Source: Mobula birostris
Taxonomy: Eukaryota
Direction: 5' to 3'
Length of the DNA: 64,000 nt
Assembly (NCBI RefSeq): GCF_030028105.1
Contig: NC_092377.1
Location: forward strand, 3,601,079 to 3,665,078
Shown: one piece after another, positions 13,292 to 25,500 of the stretch
Position numbering within the stretch: the first letter of the stretch is position 1
Layout of the letters: every line of letters starts with the position of its first letter
Position numbers and translations under genes: made by a program
The notes under the pieces: model-generated
Databases searched by the model: none
Told to the model about the DNA's origin: nothing
What the model saw: the letters and a program-made list of their open reading frames with translations, nothing else

Positions 13292-13775
13292 CAAAGTACT
13301 GAGTACAGGAGTTGGGATGTTATGTTGGAGTTATATTAGACATTGGTGTGGCCTAATTTGGAGAATTGTGCGCCGTTTTGGTCACCTACCTACAGGAAAG
13401 ATATCAATAAGATTGATAGAGTGCAGAAAAAATTTACAAGGTGATGCCAGGTCGAGGTCCTGAGTGATAGGGATTGGTTGAATAGATCAGAACTTTATTC
13501 CTTGGAGTGTAGGAGAATGAGGGGAGTTTTGATAGCGGGATAGAAAATTATGAGAGGTATAGATAGGATAAATACATGCAGGCTTTTTCTTCTACTGAAT
13601 TTACGTGGGACTTGAATTAGGGGTCATTGGTTAAGGGTGAAAAGTGAAGTGTTTAAGGGGAACATGAAGGGTTACATTTTCACACAGAGGGTGGTGAGTG
13701 TGGAAATAGCTGCCAGCAGAAGTGGTGCATATGAGCTCGATTTCAACATTTAAAGGAAGTTTGCATAAATAAATA
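13292..13775 (+). mobile_element. Old CR1 3' fragment
   Basis: Degenerate LENCAPFWSPTYRKD and FTQRVVS motifs. Confidence 0.7.
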
Positions 13776-16372
13776 GACAGCAGTTTTGGTCATTAAGAAA
13801 TTAAAACATTGAACGAAACATCAAACTCAAATGGGTCAAGGACACTGGAAGTAGAAAAAGCAGAAGTCTTTACTCTTGCCATGTGCTTGAAGAAATGGAG
13901 CCTGCCATTTTGTGAAGCCACTCTGTAACTTCCATTCTCTGAACTGTTTGATGAACAAATTCTTGCTCTGGATCAGAGCAATTGGACTTCTTCAGAGCAA
14001 TTGAACATAGACACAAGGAGTTTCTGATGATGATCTGCCAAACTTGAATCCATTGTCAGATGAATTGTTATGGTGTGCAATGACAGGTTTGCAGAAGTAA
14101 TCTTGTTATCTTGGCCCAGTGTCTCTGTGACCGGTTTGACTGGTTTGAACCAGAGCCAAACAAAACAAAAAAAGTCACCAGAGGCAGAAAGTTGTGTAGC
14201 CCTTGGCTACATCCAATGGGAATCTAACAGGTCTGTCAGATGATATTGAAACACAACATTTGAACTGATGAGGAATGGGTATAAGGATGAAGGGCAGTAA
14301 CTCCAGAGACTACCTATCGCAAAAAAGACCTGGAGTCAGAGGTTTGGAGAAGAAGGATCAATCATTTGGCCTGTGTCGGGGTTATAAATTGGGAAAGTGG
14401 TCTGAGTGAGTATTGGTACAAAGAGAACAGTAGAACGCATGTTATAATTTGTTGGTCTGGGGTTAACATAGTTGTTAGATAGAGACAGTGAAGTGTGAGC
14501 TTCGATTAATTGAGAATTCCGCGGTGAATTGCCTGACTTAGACCAGTTGGTGATAAGTCAACAGCAGGGGAATGGAGGGCTGTGCTCCAGGGTCACTGCA
14601 CCTAGGCAGAATAACAGCTCAGCATGGACTAGACGGGCTGAAGGGCCAGCATGCTCGGTAACTCCCTGGGGTCGTGCACAACTTAGCATTCCAGTATCAA
14701 AATCCCATTGTTTAATTAATAAATACACACAGAATTTGATTTTATTAAGTTAAGATACTTTGACAGTAATATCAATATTTGCAAGCAATCTGCACACAGC
14801 TTTTCTTGTCAAAATTAATACTTCGCATTTTTGTTACACAATACAAATTGAGGGAGTAAACTCGTTTTCTAAAAGCAGAATACATGCCTCATATTACAGC
14901 ACTAACTGAGCTGAAGAAGTCTCACCCACTTTCTTATCTATGAATGCAACCTCCCATTAACCCCCTCCCCACCCCCATGCCCTGTAACATGGGGGTTGGC
15001 TGTATTTAGATAACAAAAAGTTCTGTAAAGTTTGAACTTTATATCTATTTTCCTAGGTTCCTTTAAAGTTGTCACAGCTGGTTTGGGATGGAGGGTAAGG
15101 AGGGGGTAGTGCAGATTAACTCCCACAAGATGCTCCAAATGTCGTGTGTCCCAAATAGCCTCTGGCCAACAAGTCCAGCTTCTCGTCTTCACCTGTGGCT
15201 TAGCGACTGACCCAGTGGAACCATTTCTACTGACGGGAGAAGGGGTAAGGACGGTTTACTGCCACCTTAAAACCAATCGCTTCCGGAAGATGGGGCTTGT
15301 CAGCCAAAGTTGGCAGTTCATAGAGAAGGATCAGGACACTTAGAAAATGTTTCAGTCCATTCTTTATGGATGTAGGAAGCAGGGTAAATCTGATCCTGTC
15401 TATTCATTGTATCTGGAGTTTCAGAAGCCATTCAATAAGCACCGATACTGCACAATTTTAAAGGATTGGCAGGTAGTGGAGACAGACATAAATGGGTCAT
15501 TTCTGGAGGAAGGAATGTAGGTGTTGAACAAAGCGATTGCCCCGTCTGTACCTGTTCTCACTGATGTAGAGGAGGCCCAGGTACAACCACTAATGCTGGA
15601 GGAGAGGCAATAATGCCCACCTCATAGGGGAAGGGCTGCTTCAGGCCCTGGATGGTGCTGAGGGTGGACGTGGAAATGAAGCCACATTTGGAGTTTTGTC
15701 TTCAGGTTGGGGCTTTATTCATTGCAGTGTAGGAGACTGAGGGCTGTATAAAATCACAAGGGGCAGAGATACTCAATGCGTAGAGTCCTTTTCCCAGAAC
15801 TAGAGAGTACAGGTTTAAGGTGAGAGGGGAGAGATTTAGTAGGAACCTGAGGGGAAATGTTTCTATCCAGAGAGTGGTCAGTAGATGAAATGAACTGCAG
15901 GGCAAATTGTTGAGGTAGATACATTAATAATATCTTGGACAGGTATATGGATTGGAAAAGTCTGGGTGGATTTGGGCCAAATGTGGGCAAGTGGGACTAG
16001 CTTAGATGGGAATCTTGGTCAACATGGCCTAGATGGGTTGAAGGGCCTGTTTCCATTCTGTGTGACTATGGATTTGTGATGGGGATGATATCTCCTGCAG
16101 CTGGGAAGAAATGGGTGGGGAGAGGTGGGCAGACCAGGAGTTGTAGAGAGAGTGATCCCTGTGGAAAACAGAAAGGAAATAGAGGATCAGCCATTATTGA
16201 ACGGTGGAATGGACTTGATGGGCCAGATGGCCTAATTCTGCTCCTATGTCTTATGGGTGGGGAGGGGAAGATGTGGTGTGTGTAGGATCACGTTGTAGCT
16301 GCTGGAAGTTGAGAAGGTGTGACGTTCCGGAGTCCCGTGTGCTGATAGTTACCAGCAAGAAGCACACACATA

Positions 16373-16378
16373 TTTAAT
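16373..16378 (-). terminator. Candidate proximal poly(A) signal ATTAAA
   Basis: ATTAAA about 35 nt after the stop codon. A canonical AATAAA at 14741-14746 on the minus strand is a distal alternative. Confidence 0.35.
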
Positions 16379-16411
16379 AACCTGCGGCTGCAGAACAATT
16401 ACTTTTAGACA

Positions 16412-16525
16412 CTAGTCACGTTTGATGACGGCATATTCGGTTGTTTCCTCGGTGACTTTTATTTTTGGAGCTGTCTTCTGCTGGAAGAACTGAATATCAG
16501 CGTAAAATATCTCTGATTGCTCTGA
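16412..16525 (-). CDS. Terminal coding exon (SEQSEIFYADIQFFQQKTAPKIKVTEETTEYAVIKRD*) with ITIM and ITSM
   Basis: Acceptor gtttttctgttccag, phase 0, TAG at 16412-16414. IFYADI and TEYAVI tyrosines are 23 residues apart. Confidence 0.88.
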   Translation of the reverse strand, partial: SEQSEIFYADIQFFQQKTAPKIKVTEETTEYAVIKRD

Positions 16526-19500
16526 CTGGAACAGAAAAACACAGACGTTTACAGTACTGAAACAAACCACTCACCCCCTGGTTTATATCTGACCCATCCC
16601 CACAGGACATTGACACCAGAGATACTGATGATGCAATTAGTTTGAAGCAACACAGACACACAATCCTGGAGGAATTCAGTAGATTAGGCAGCATCTACAG
16701 AGGGGAATAAACTGGGAAGGAAGAGGACAGAAGCCAGAATAAAAAGGGTAGAAGGGAGATGGAGGATCACAAGATGGCAGGTGATAGGTGAGTCCAGGTT
16801 AGAGGGGAGGGTGAGAGAGGTGGAGGTGGGGGTTAAGGGATGATGTGAGAAGCTGGGAAGTGATAGGTGGAAGGGGCAAGGGACTGAAGATGAAGGAATC
16901 TGATAGGAAAGGACAGTAGACTGTGAATAAAGGCTGGGGAACTGGAGGGAGAAGGTGTAGGTGATGGGCAGATTATGATGCAATTCACTTCCAATTCTCT
17001 TTGTTCTATTAGGGCTTAATAAAACAATCTCGAAGCAACAGGTTTTGGGATTCTTTAAAACATTGGAATCCAACACCTCCCTTTCATCTCATACAGTCAT
17101 TGAGTCGTACAGCAGGGAAATACGGCCATGCTGATCTTTTCCCATCGACTGAATTCCATTTGTCCCCATTTGTTCCATATCCCTCTCTGCCTTATCTATT
17201 TGAGTGTGTTTAAATGTCTCTAAAACTTACTGATTGTATCTGACTCCAAAACCATCTCAGGCAGAGATTTGTAGATATTAACCAGATTTCTAAGTGTGCT
17301 AAATGCTCACATCTCAGTTAAAGCTCCTTTCTCTCATATTAAACCCATGCACTTTTGCTTCTGAAGCCATCAGCATGGGACAGGAAAGATTCTGACATTT
17401 TATGTTATTCAAAATTGCAATAATCGTTCCAGCACCAGTCTCTGTGGTACATCACTGACCAACCTGCCACCTCGAATAAGTAAAGCATCTCCCACCACAA
17501 CCCTCTGCCTCCCATCACCAAGCCAATGTTGGATCCAACTGGGATGTTTGCTTTGCATTCCATTTGCCTTCACTTTCTGGTCCAGCCTTTCGTTCAGGAC
17601 CTTTCCAAATGCCTTGCTAATGTCCATAGTAAATTGCAGGGTGTGTTGTAGAACAGAAAGACCTAGGGGTACAAGTACACAGATCCCTGAAGGTGGTGAC
17701 TCAGGTAGATACGGTGGTGAAGAAGGCTTTGGGACACCTGCCTTATTGGTCAGTACAGTGAGTGTTTGAGTTGGGCCTTCACAGTTGCTTGGTATAATTG
17801 GGAAGTATTGATGAGGCCAAAGGTCAAAGTTGGTGAGACAAAAGTTCAAAGTTCAAGGTAAATTTATTACCAAAGTACATTTATGTCACCATATACAACC
17901 CTGAGATTCATTTACTTAAGGGTATTCACAGAAAATGACCTCTGGTTGTCATCCACACAACATCAGTGAAAAAAGCCTGCTTGCAATTGCCCTATCTATG
18001 CCTCCTCCCTGACGGGTGTGGGACAAACAGTCCATGAGCAGGGTGGGTGGGATCCTTCATGATGTTACTGGCCCTGTTCCAGCACCTTTCTGAATCTATG
18101 TCCTTGATGGAGGGTAGCTGGTGCTGGTGACGTGTTGGACAGTTTGGACTGCCTGTTGTAGATTGTTCCTGTCTGCAGCAGTGCAGTTTCTGTACCGCGC
18201 AGTGATGCAGTTTGTTAGGATGCCCCCTACTGTACATCTGTAGAATGACGTGAGTATGGATGTGCAAAGTCCAGCTCTCTTCAGCCTCCTCAGAAAGTAG
18301 AGGTGAGTAGAGGTGAGTATAGGAGAGTAGAAATAGTCTTATAACAGTGGGGTGGAAGGGCCTGTTCCTACTGCTAATTCATATTAGTGTCTGAATTAAA
18401 TGTCAAAGAGGAAGTAATGGTGTTTATTTAACAGATGTTAAATACCTGATTTATTAGGAAGTAAAAGTGTTCATGGAAAACATTCCTCAATGTTATATTG
18501 AAGAAGGTTACTTACCGCAGTAACATTTGTGGCTGCCTGTGTATTCACCTCGGTTTCAGCTGAAATAAAATGAGAATTTGTTTGAGAGTTGCCACACACG
18601 AGTGATAATTGAACTGAAATCACATTGTGATGAATGGTCACCTATTCGCCCTATCAGGTGCATTCAGACAGGGACAGCAAACTGCAGAACATGCCATGTG
18701 AAGCATTTCCCATCGGAGCCTCCACAGGGGCATGGCAAGCAAGACTCACACATGACTCAAAGGCCAGAGTCTTCTGATCTCCCTTATCAAGTGCATTCAG
18801 AGATCAGAGCAGAATTAGGCCATTCAGCCCATCAAGTTCGCTTTGCCATTCCATCATGGCTGATTTATTATCCGTCTCAACTCAACCCCATTCTCCTGCC
18901 TTCTACCTGTAACCTTTGACGCCCTTACTAATCAAGAACATCACAACTCTGCTTTAAATATACACAATGATGGCCTCCACAGAGATCTGTAGCAACGAAT
19001 TCCACAGATTATTCACCATCTTGCTAAAGAAATTCCTCCTCATGTCTGTTCTAAAGGGACGTCCCTCTATTTTGAGAGTGTGCCCTCTGGTCCTAGACTC
19101 CCCCCACCCCAATCTAGGAAAACATCCATTTTGCCTAGGCCTTTCAATATTTGATAGGTTTCACTGAGATCCTCCCTTCTTCTGAACTCCAGTAAGTACA
19201 AGCCCAGAGCTACCAAACACTCCTCATTTGTTATCCCTTTCATGTCTGGAATCATTCTCGTGAACCTCCTCTGGGCTCTCTCCCATGCCAGCACATCTGT
19301 TTTTAGGTAAAGGGTACAGATCTGCTCACAGTGCTCCAAATATGATCAGACCAATGCCTTATAAAGCCTCAACATTATATCCTTGCTTTTATCTCTCCTA
19401 GTTGCCTTGACATGAATGCTAACATTGCATTTGCCTTCCTCACCACTGACTCAAGCTGCAATTTAACCTTTAGGGAATTCTGCACGAGGACTCCCAAGTC

Positions 19501-22500
19501 CCTTTGCACCTCTGATTTATGAATTTTCTCCCTATTTAGAAAAGGTCTCCACTTTTATTTCTTCTACAATTCCATCTGCCACTCCTTTGCCATTCTCCTA
19601 ATCTATGGAAGTCCTTATGCAGGGTCCCTGCTTCCTCAATGCTACCTGCCCCTCAACTTATCCTTGTACCATCTGCAACGATGGCCACAAAAGCACCAAT
19701 TCCATCATCCAAATCATTGACATAAGTGTAAAAAGCAGCCTCAATACTGTAGAACACCACTAGCCCTTTATCCTCACTCTGCCTCCAGCCAGTCAGCCAA
19801 TGCTCTACCCATGTCCGTATCCGTCCTGTAAGACCACGGGCTCTCATCTTGTTTGGCTCGTGTGCAGCACCTTGCAGGCTAATGCTTCAATGCAAAGCTG
19901 CTTTCAGCTGGCTATTCTATAAACTTTTCAACTGGGAGTAAAGGATTAATCAAAGAATTTATTGTATGTTCTTTAGTTTACTCATGATCACAGGTCTGAG
20001 TTCAACCAAGGTCAAGTGGATGAGAATTTGAAAGTCCTTGCTCATGCGTTCTTTTAGAACGGAGATGAGGAGATATTTCTTTAGCCAGAGAGTGGTGAAT
20101 CTGTGGAACCCGTTGCTACGGGCGGCTGTGGATGCCAAGTTTAATGTATATTTAAGGCAGACATTGAAAGGTTCTTGATTCGTCAGTGTATGTTTGCTTC
20201 TGTATCTTATGATCTTATGTTATTGGTCTTGGTAAAATTTTGCTATTAATTTTGCACTAATAGTAACCAACCTTAGAGAATGTGCATGAATTGAGACTTT
20301 TTTAAAGCCAACTCAAGACTGATGATATGCCAGTCAGTGTCAGTGCCCTGTAGCCAGCTGTCCTCTGATTTGATGCAGATGTTGAGTGCTTAAATTTTGA
20401 TTGTTTGGATACAGGATCTGATTGGAATTGAAACCTTAATAGAGTAGAGGTTTTTGCTCCATTTCAATCTCTTGTTATGATCTGACTGTCAGTAAGTTAG
20501 GACAAAGTTATAATGAATTTTCTTTCATGTGGCTTATGAATCTTTATTCTTCTCTATTTCAGAGGACAAGGAATGTTTATTTGTCTGCATATATTGAAGA
20601 GGAGTGAAAAGGCAGGACTGGAGTTGCTGTTGAGGATGATGAAACAATTGATTACTCCCTTGTCCTGCATTGGGAATCATTGTTGAACATAACTATCATG
20701 TGAAGTAATTCCCAATGTGAGCACTGAAATGAACTTTTTACCTGTAACTGTGGCATACACTGTGTTCAAATCTTCAGTAGAGCACCTGGGTAAATAGTGA
20801 AGATAATGTTAGTGAATTAGTTATATGGAACATAGAATCATAGAAATCTACAGCACATCACAGGCCCTTCGGTCCACAATGTTGTACCGACCATGTAACC
20901 AACGCTAGAAACTGCCTAGAATTACCCTACCGCGTAGCCCTCTATTTCTCTAAGCTCCATGTCCCTATCTAAGAGTCTCTTAAAAGACCCTATTGTATCC
21001 GTCTCTACAAGCATCGTTAGCAGAGCATTCCATGCACCCAACACTGTGTGAAAAACGTACCTCTGATATCCCCTTTGTACCTACTTCCAAACACCTTAAA
21101 ACTATACCCCGTTTCAGCCCCGCAAAAAGCCTCTGGCTACCCACACGATCAATGCCTCTTATCATCTTATACACCTCTATCAGTTACTTCTCATCCTCCA
21201 TCGCTCCAAGGAGAAAAAGCTAAGTTCTCATAAGATATGTGTATATTCTCATAAGACATGTTCCCCAATCCAGGCAACACCCTTGTAAATCTCCTCTGCA
21301 CTCTCTCTATAGTATACACATCCTTCCTGTAGTGAGGTGACCAGAACTGGACACAATATTCCAAGTGGGGTCTGACCAAGGTCTATAAAGCTGTAACGTT
21401 ACCTCACGGCTCTTGAACTCAGTCCCACGGTTGATAAGTGCCAACACACCATGAGCCTTCTTAACAACACTGTCAACCTGCGCAGCAGTTTTGAGTGTCC
21501 TATGGACACGGACCCCAAGATTTCTCTGATCCTCCACACTGCCAAGAGTCTTACCATTCATATTATATTCTGTCTTCAAATTTGACCTACCAGAATGAAC
21601 CACTTCACACTTATCTGGGTTGAACTCCATCTGCCACTGATAAATCTGATAAATATTAATGTCTTAACAACTTAACAATTTTATGAGCAGTTAATGTACT
21701 CAGACTATTTCTCCCAGCATAACAAAGTTCAATGAAAGCAGCAGTTGTCTGTTTCATGTCGATTTTAGTACTCCTGATGGAATTGAGACACTTTCAATCT
21801 CAAAAGGGTTGCCAGGATTAAGGTAAGAATGGATTAGTTGATTTCAATAACACAGGATACTGCAGATGCTGGAAATCCAAAGTAATACACACAAAAGGAA
21901 TTCAGAAGGTCAGGCAGCATCTGTGGGGAGGAATAAACAGTTGACATTTTGGGCTAGAAGGGAATGGGGAAGACACCAGAATAAAAACGTGAGGAGTGGG
22001 GAAGGAGGACAAACTAGAAAGTGGTTTCCATGCCCAGTTCCACTTTTGTATGTGAAAATATCCTGGATCTGCTAATGCATAAACTGGGACTCACACATTC
22101 AATTGCGAGCGGACATTCATCCTGATAGTAGAGATGAGGTATAAGTAGGTCAGCTCAGGTACCTGGTCGGCACAGAGGCTGATGTTAATATGGGTATATT
22201 GGATAGAGTCATACTGTACAGAAACAGGTCCGTTAGCCCACCCTGTACATACTGACCCACCTCTTCATCAATTCCATTTCCAGCCCTTTGTTGATGGTCC
22301 TGGTAATTCAAAGACTCATTGAGATACTTCTCAGTGGGAGTGTAATGCCTCGCACCAGTAACCTCGGTTCAATTCCCGTCACCGTCCACAAGGACTTAAT
22401 ACGTTCTCCCCATGACTGTGTGAGTGTTCTCCAGGTGCTCCTGTTTCCTCCCACAGTCCAAAGACAGACTGGTTGGGAGGTTAACTGGTGATCGTCCCAT

Positions 22501-25500
22501 GATTAGGGAGGAATTTAAATCAGGGGATTGCTGCACAGCATGGCTCAAAGGGCCAGAAGGGCCTATTCTGTTCCGTATCTCAATAAATAAATACAATGTT
22601 GTGAGAGTCTCTTCCTCCACCACTCTCTCAGGCAGAGCATTCCCGTCTCCAGCTACCCTCTGGGAGGAAGAGTTGATTTTATATCCCTCTAAACTGTCTC
22701 AGCTGGAAACCTCAACTGTTTATTCCTCTCCATAGATGCTGCCTGACCTGCTGAGTTCGTCGAAGCATTTTGTGTCCCCTCTTTCTGTCACACAAATCAT
22801 TGTCTGTCTCTCAGGTTACTTGTCAACCTTCTCTGCTCAAGGGAAAACAGATCCAGACTTTCCATTCTTACCCCACAACTGAGGTGCTCCATTGCTGGTA
22901 ATATCCTGGTGAACCTTCTCTGCACTTTTTACATCAATGTCCCTCCATTCCTCAATACTTGTTAGTGTCCTCACATTCATTGTGTGTGCCCCACCCTTCT
23001 CCTGATGTTCCAAAATGCAGCATTCATTTCATCTACCATGGCACTGCCCAGACCACCTGCTGATCAATATTCCTAACCTTCCACACCGCCAAATTTGAGT
23101 CAAGTGCAAATTCCACCAGTTTCTGTTCAGCACAGGATGTCAAAGGTAAAGCAGCATTGATAATGATGGGACTGAGACACACATTGGGATATTGGAGAAC
23201 AGGAGCAAGCTGAGAAGCAAAACAGCCTGACTGACCGGCTTTAGGGAATGGTGATCCTCACAGGGACACACTGAATTTTACTCATTTCCACCTTGTCTCT
23301 AAATAAACAAAATGAATAAAAATGTCCTTTAATCAGACATGCCTAAATTAAATATTCTGCTGGCATTCCACATGCTCAATGTCGTTCTGGGTGATAGAGG
23401 TCAGGGCTTTACACAAGAGCTTTCAAAGGAAGTGATGAAGGGATCAGCAGTGGAAAGAGTGAGCAGCTTTATGTTCCTCGATGTCAACATCCCACAAGCT
23501 GGCAGCATGGTAGTGTAGTGGTTAGCACAACGCTTTACAGTACCAGTGACCCAGGTTCAATTCCCGCTGCTGGCTGTATGGAGTTCATAAGATCTCCCCG
23601 TGACGGCGTAGGCTTCCTCCGGTTGCTCCTGATTCCTCACACAGTCCAAAGACGTTAATTGATCATTGTAAATGATTCCATGACTAGGCTAGTTCTGGGC
23701 GGCGTGCCTCAAAGGGCCAGAAGGCCTACTCCATGCTGCTTCTCAATAACTAAATAAGCAAAGATCTATCCGGGGTGCAACACATTGATTCTGTCATGAA
23801 GTGGACATGCCAACAGTTCAACGAAAATAGGAGTTTGAGGAGATTTGGTATGTCACCAAAAGCTCTTGCGAATTTCTACAGATGGACGGTGGAGACCATT
23901 GTGACTCACTGTACAACAGCCTGACAGAGAGGCTCTAACACACACACATTGCAAGAGGGTTGTAGACTCAGCCAGCTGGGGAACAGAACCGTCCCCATCA
24001 TCGAGAACTATTACAGAGGCAGTGCCTCAAGAAGGCGGCATCCACCATTCAGGACCCTCACCACCCAGACATCCCCCTGCTCGTTACTCCTGTCAGGGAG
24101 AATCAGAATCTGGTTTAATATCACTGGCATATGTCATGAAATTTGTTGTTTTGTGGAAAAGTTACTTTACAATGCATACTAATTAATCTATAAATTACAA
24201 TAAGAAGTGTACATATATAGAACATAGAACATAGAATAGTACAGCACAGCACAGGCCCTTCGGCCCATAATGTTGTGCCGACCCTCAAACCCTGCCTCCC
24301 ATATAAGCCCCCACCTTAGATTCCTCCATATACCTGTCTGGTAGTCTCTTAAACTTCACTAGTGTATCTGCCTCCACCACTGACTCAGGCAGTGCATTTC
24401 ACGCACCAACCACTCTCTGAGTAAAAAACTTTCCTCTAATATCCCCCTTGAACTTCCCACCCCTTACCTTAAAGCCATGTCCTCTTGTATTGAGCAGTGG
24501 TGCCCTGGAGCAGAGGCACTGGCTATCCACTCTATCTATTCCTCTTATTATCTTGTACACCTCTATCATGTCTCCTCTCATCCTCCTTCTCTCCGAAGAG
24601 TAAAGCCTTAGCTCCTTTAATCTCTGATCATAATGCATGCTTTCTAAACCAGGCAGCATCCTGGTAAATCTCCTCTGTACCCTTTCCAATGCTTCCACAT
24701 CCTTCCTATAGTGAGGTGACCAGAACTGGACACAATACTCCAAGTGTGGCCTAACCAGAGTTTTATAGAGCTGCATCATTACATCGCGACTCTTAAACTC
24801 TATCCCTCGACTTATGAAAGCTAACACCCCATAAGCTTTCTTAACTACCCTATCCACCTGTGAGGCAACTTTCAGGGATCTGTGGACATGTACCCCGAGA
24901 TCCCTCTGCTCCTCCACACTACCAAGTATCCTGCCATTTACTTCGTACTCTGCCTTGGAGTTTGTCCTTCCAAAGTGTACCACCTCACACTTCTCCGGGT
25001 TGAACTCCATCTGCCACTTCTCAACCCACTTCTGCATCCTATCAATGTCTCTCTGCAATCTTTGACAATCCTCTACACTATCTACAACACCACCAACCTT
25101 TGTGTCAGCTGCAAACTTGCCAACCCACCCTTCTACCCCCACATCCAGGTCATTAATAAAAATCACGAAAAGTAGAGGTCCCAGAACAGATCCTTGTGGG
25201 ACACCACTAGTCACAATCCTCCAATCTGAATGTACTCCCTCCACCACCACCCTCTTCCTTCTGCAGGCAAGCCAATTCTGAATCCACCTGGCCAAACTAC
25301 CCTGGATCCCATGCCTTCTAACTTTCCGAACAAGCCTACCGTGTGGAACCTTGTCAAATGCCTTACTAAAATCCATATAGATCACATCCACTGCACTACC
25401 CTCATCTAAATGCCTGGTCACCTCCTCAAAGAACTCTATCAGGCTTGTTAGACACGATCTGCCCTTCACAAAGCCATGCTGACTGTCCCTGATCAGACCA

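Noticed and set aside
13995-14100. Minus-strand frame ending ETPCVYVQLL*, resembling another tyrosine-motif exon
   Set aside because: No convincing splice acceptor, an in-frame stop just upstream, a non-canonical motif, and it lies beyond the identified stop codon.
16526-16660. GTGAGT donor-like site at 16574 suggesting an extra exon
   Set aside because: It would need a 49-nt intron, and the candidate upstream acceptors give a stop or the wrong phase.
21845-22790. Further Penelope-type ends at about 21845-21960 and 22690-22780 (also about 16630-16720)
   Set aside because: The hammerhead core is deleted or too degenerate to call.
23282-23298. Possible 17-nt micro-exon with a good acceptor between the TM and cytoplasmic exon 1
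   Set aside because: The length is not a multiple of three; inclusion shifts the frame, creates a stop in the next exon and loses all tyrosine motifs.
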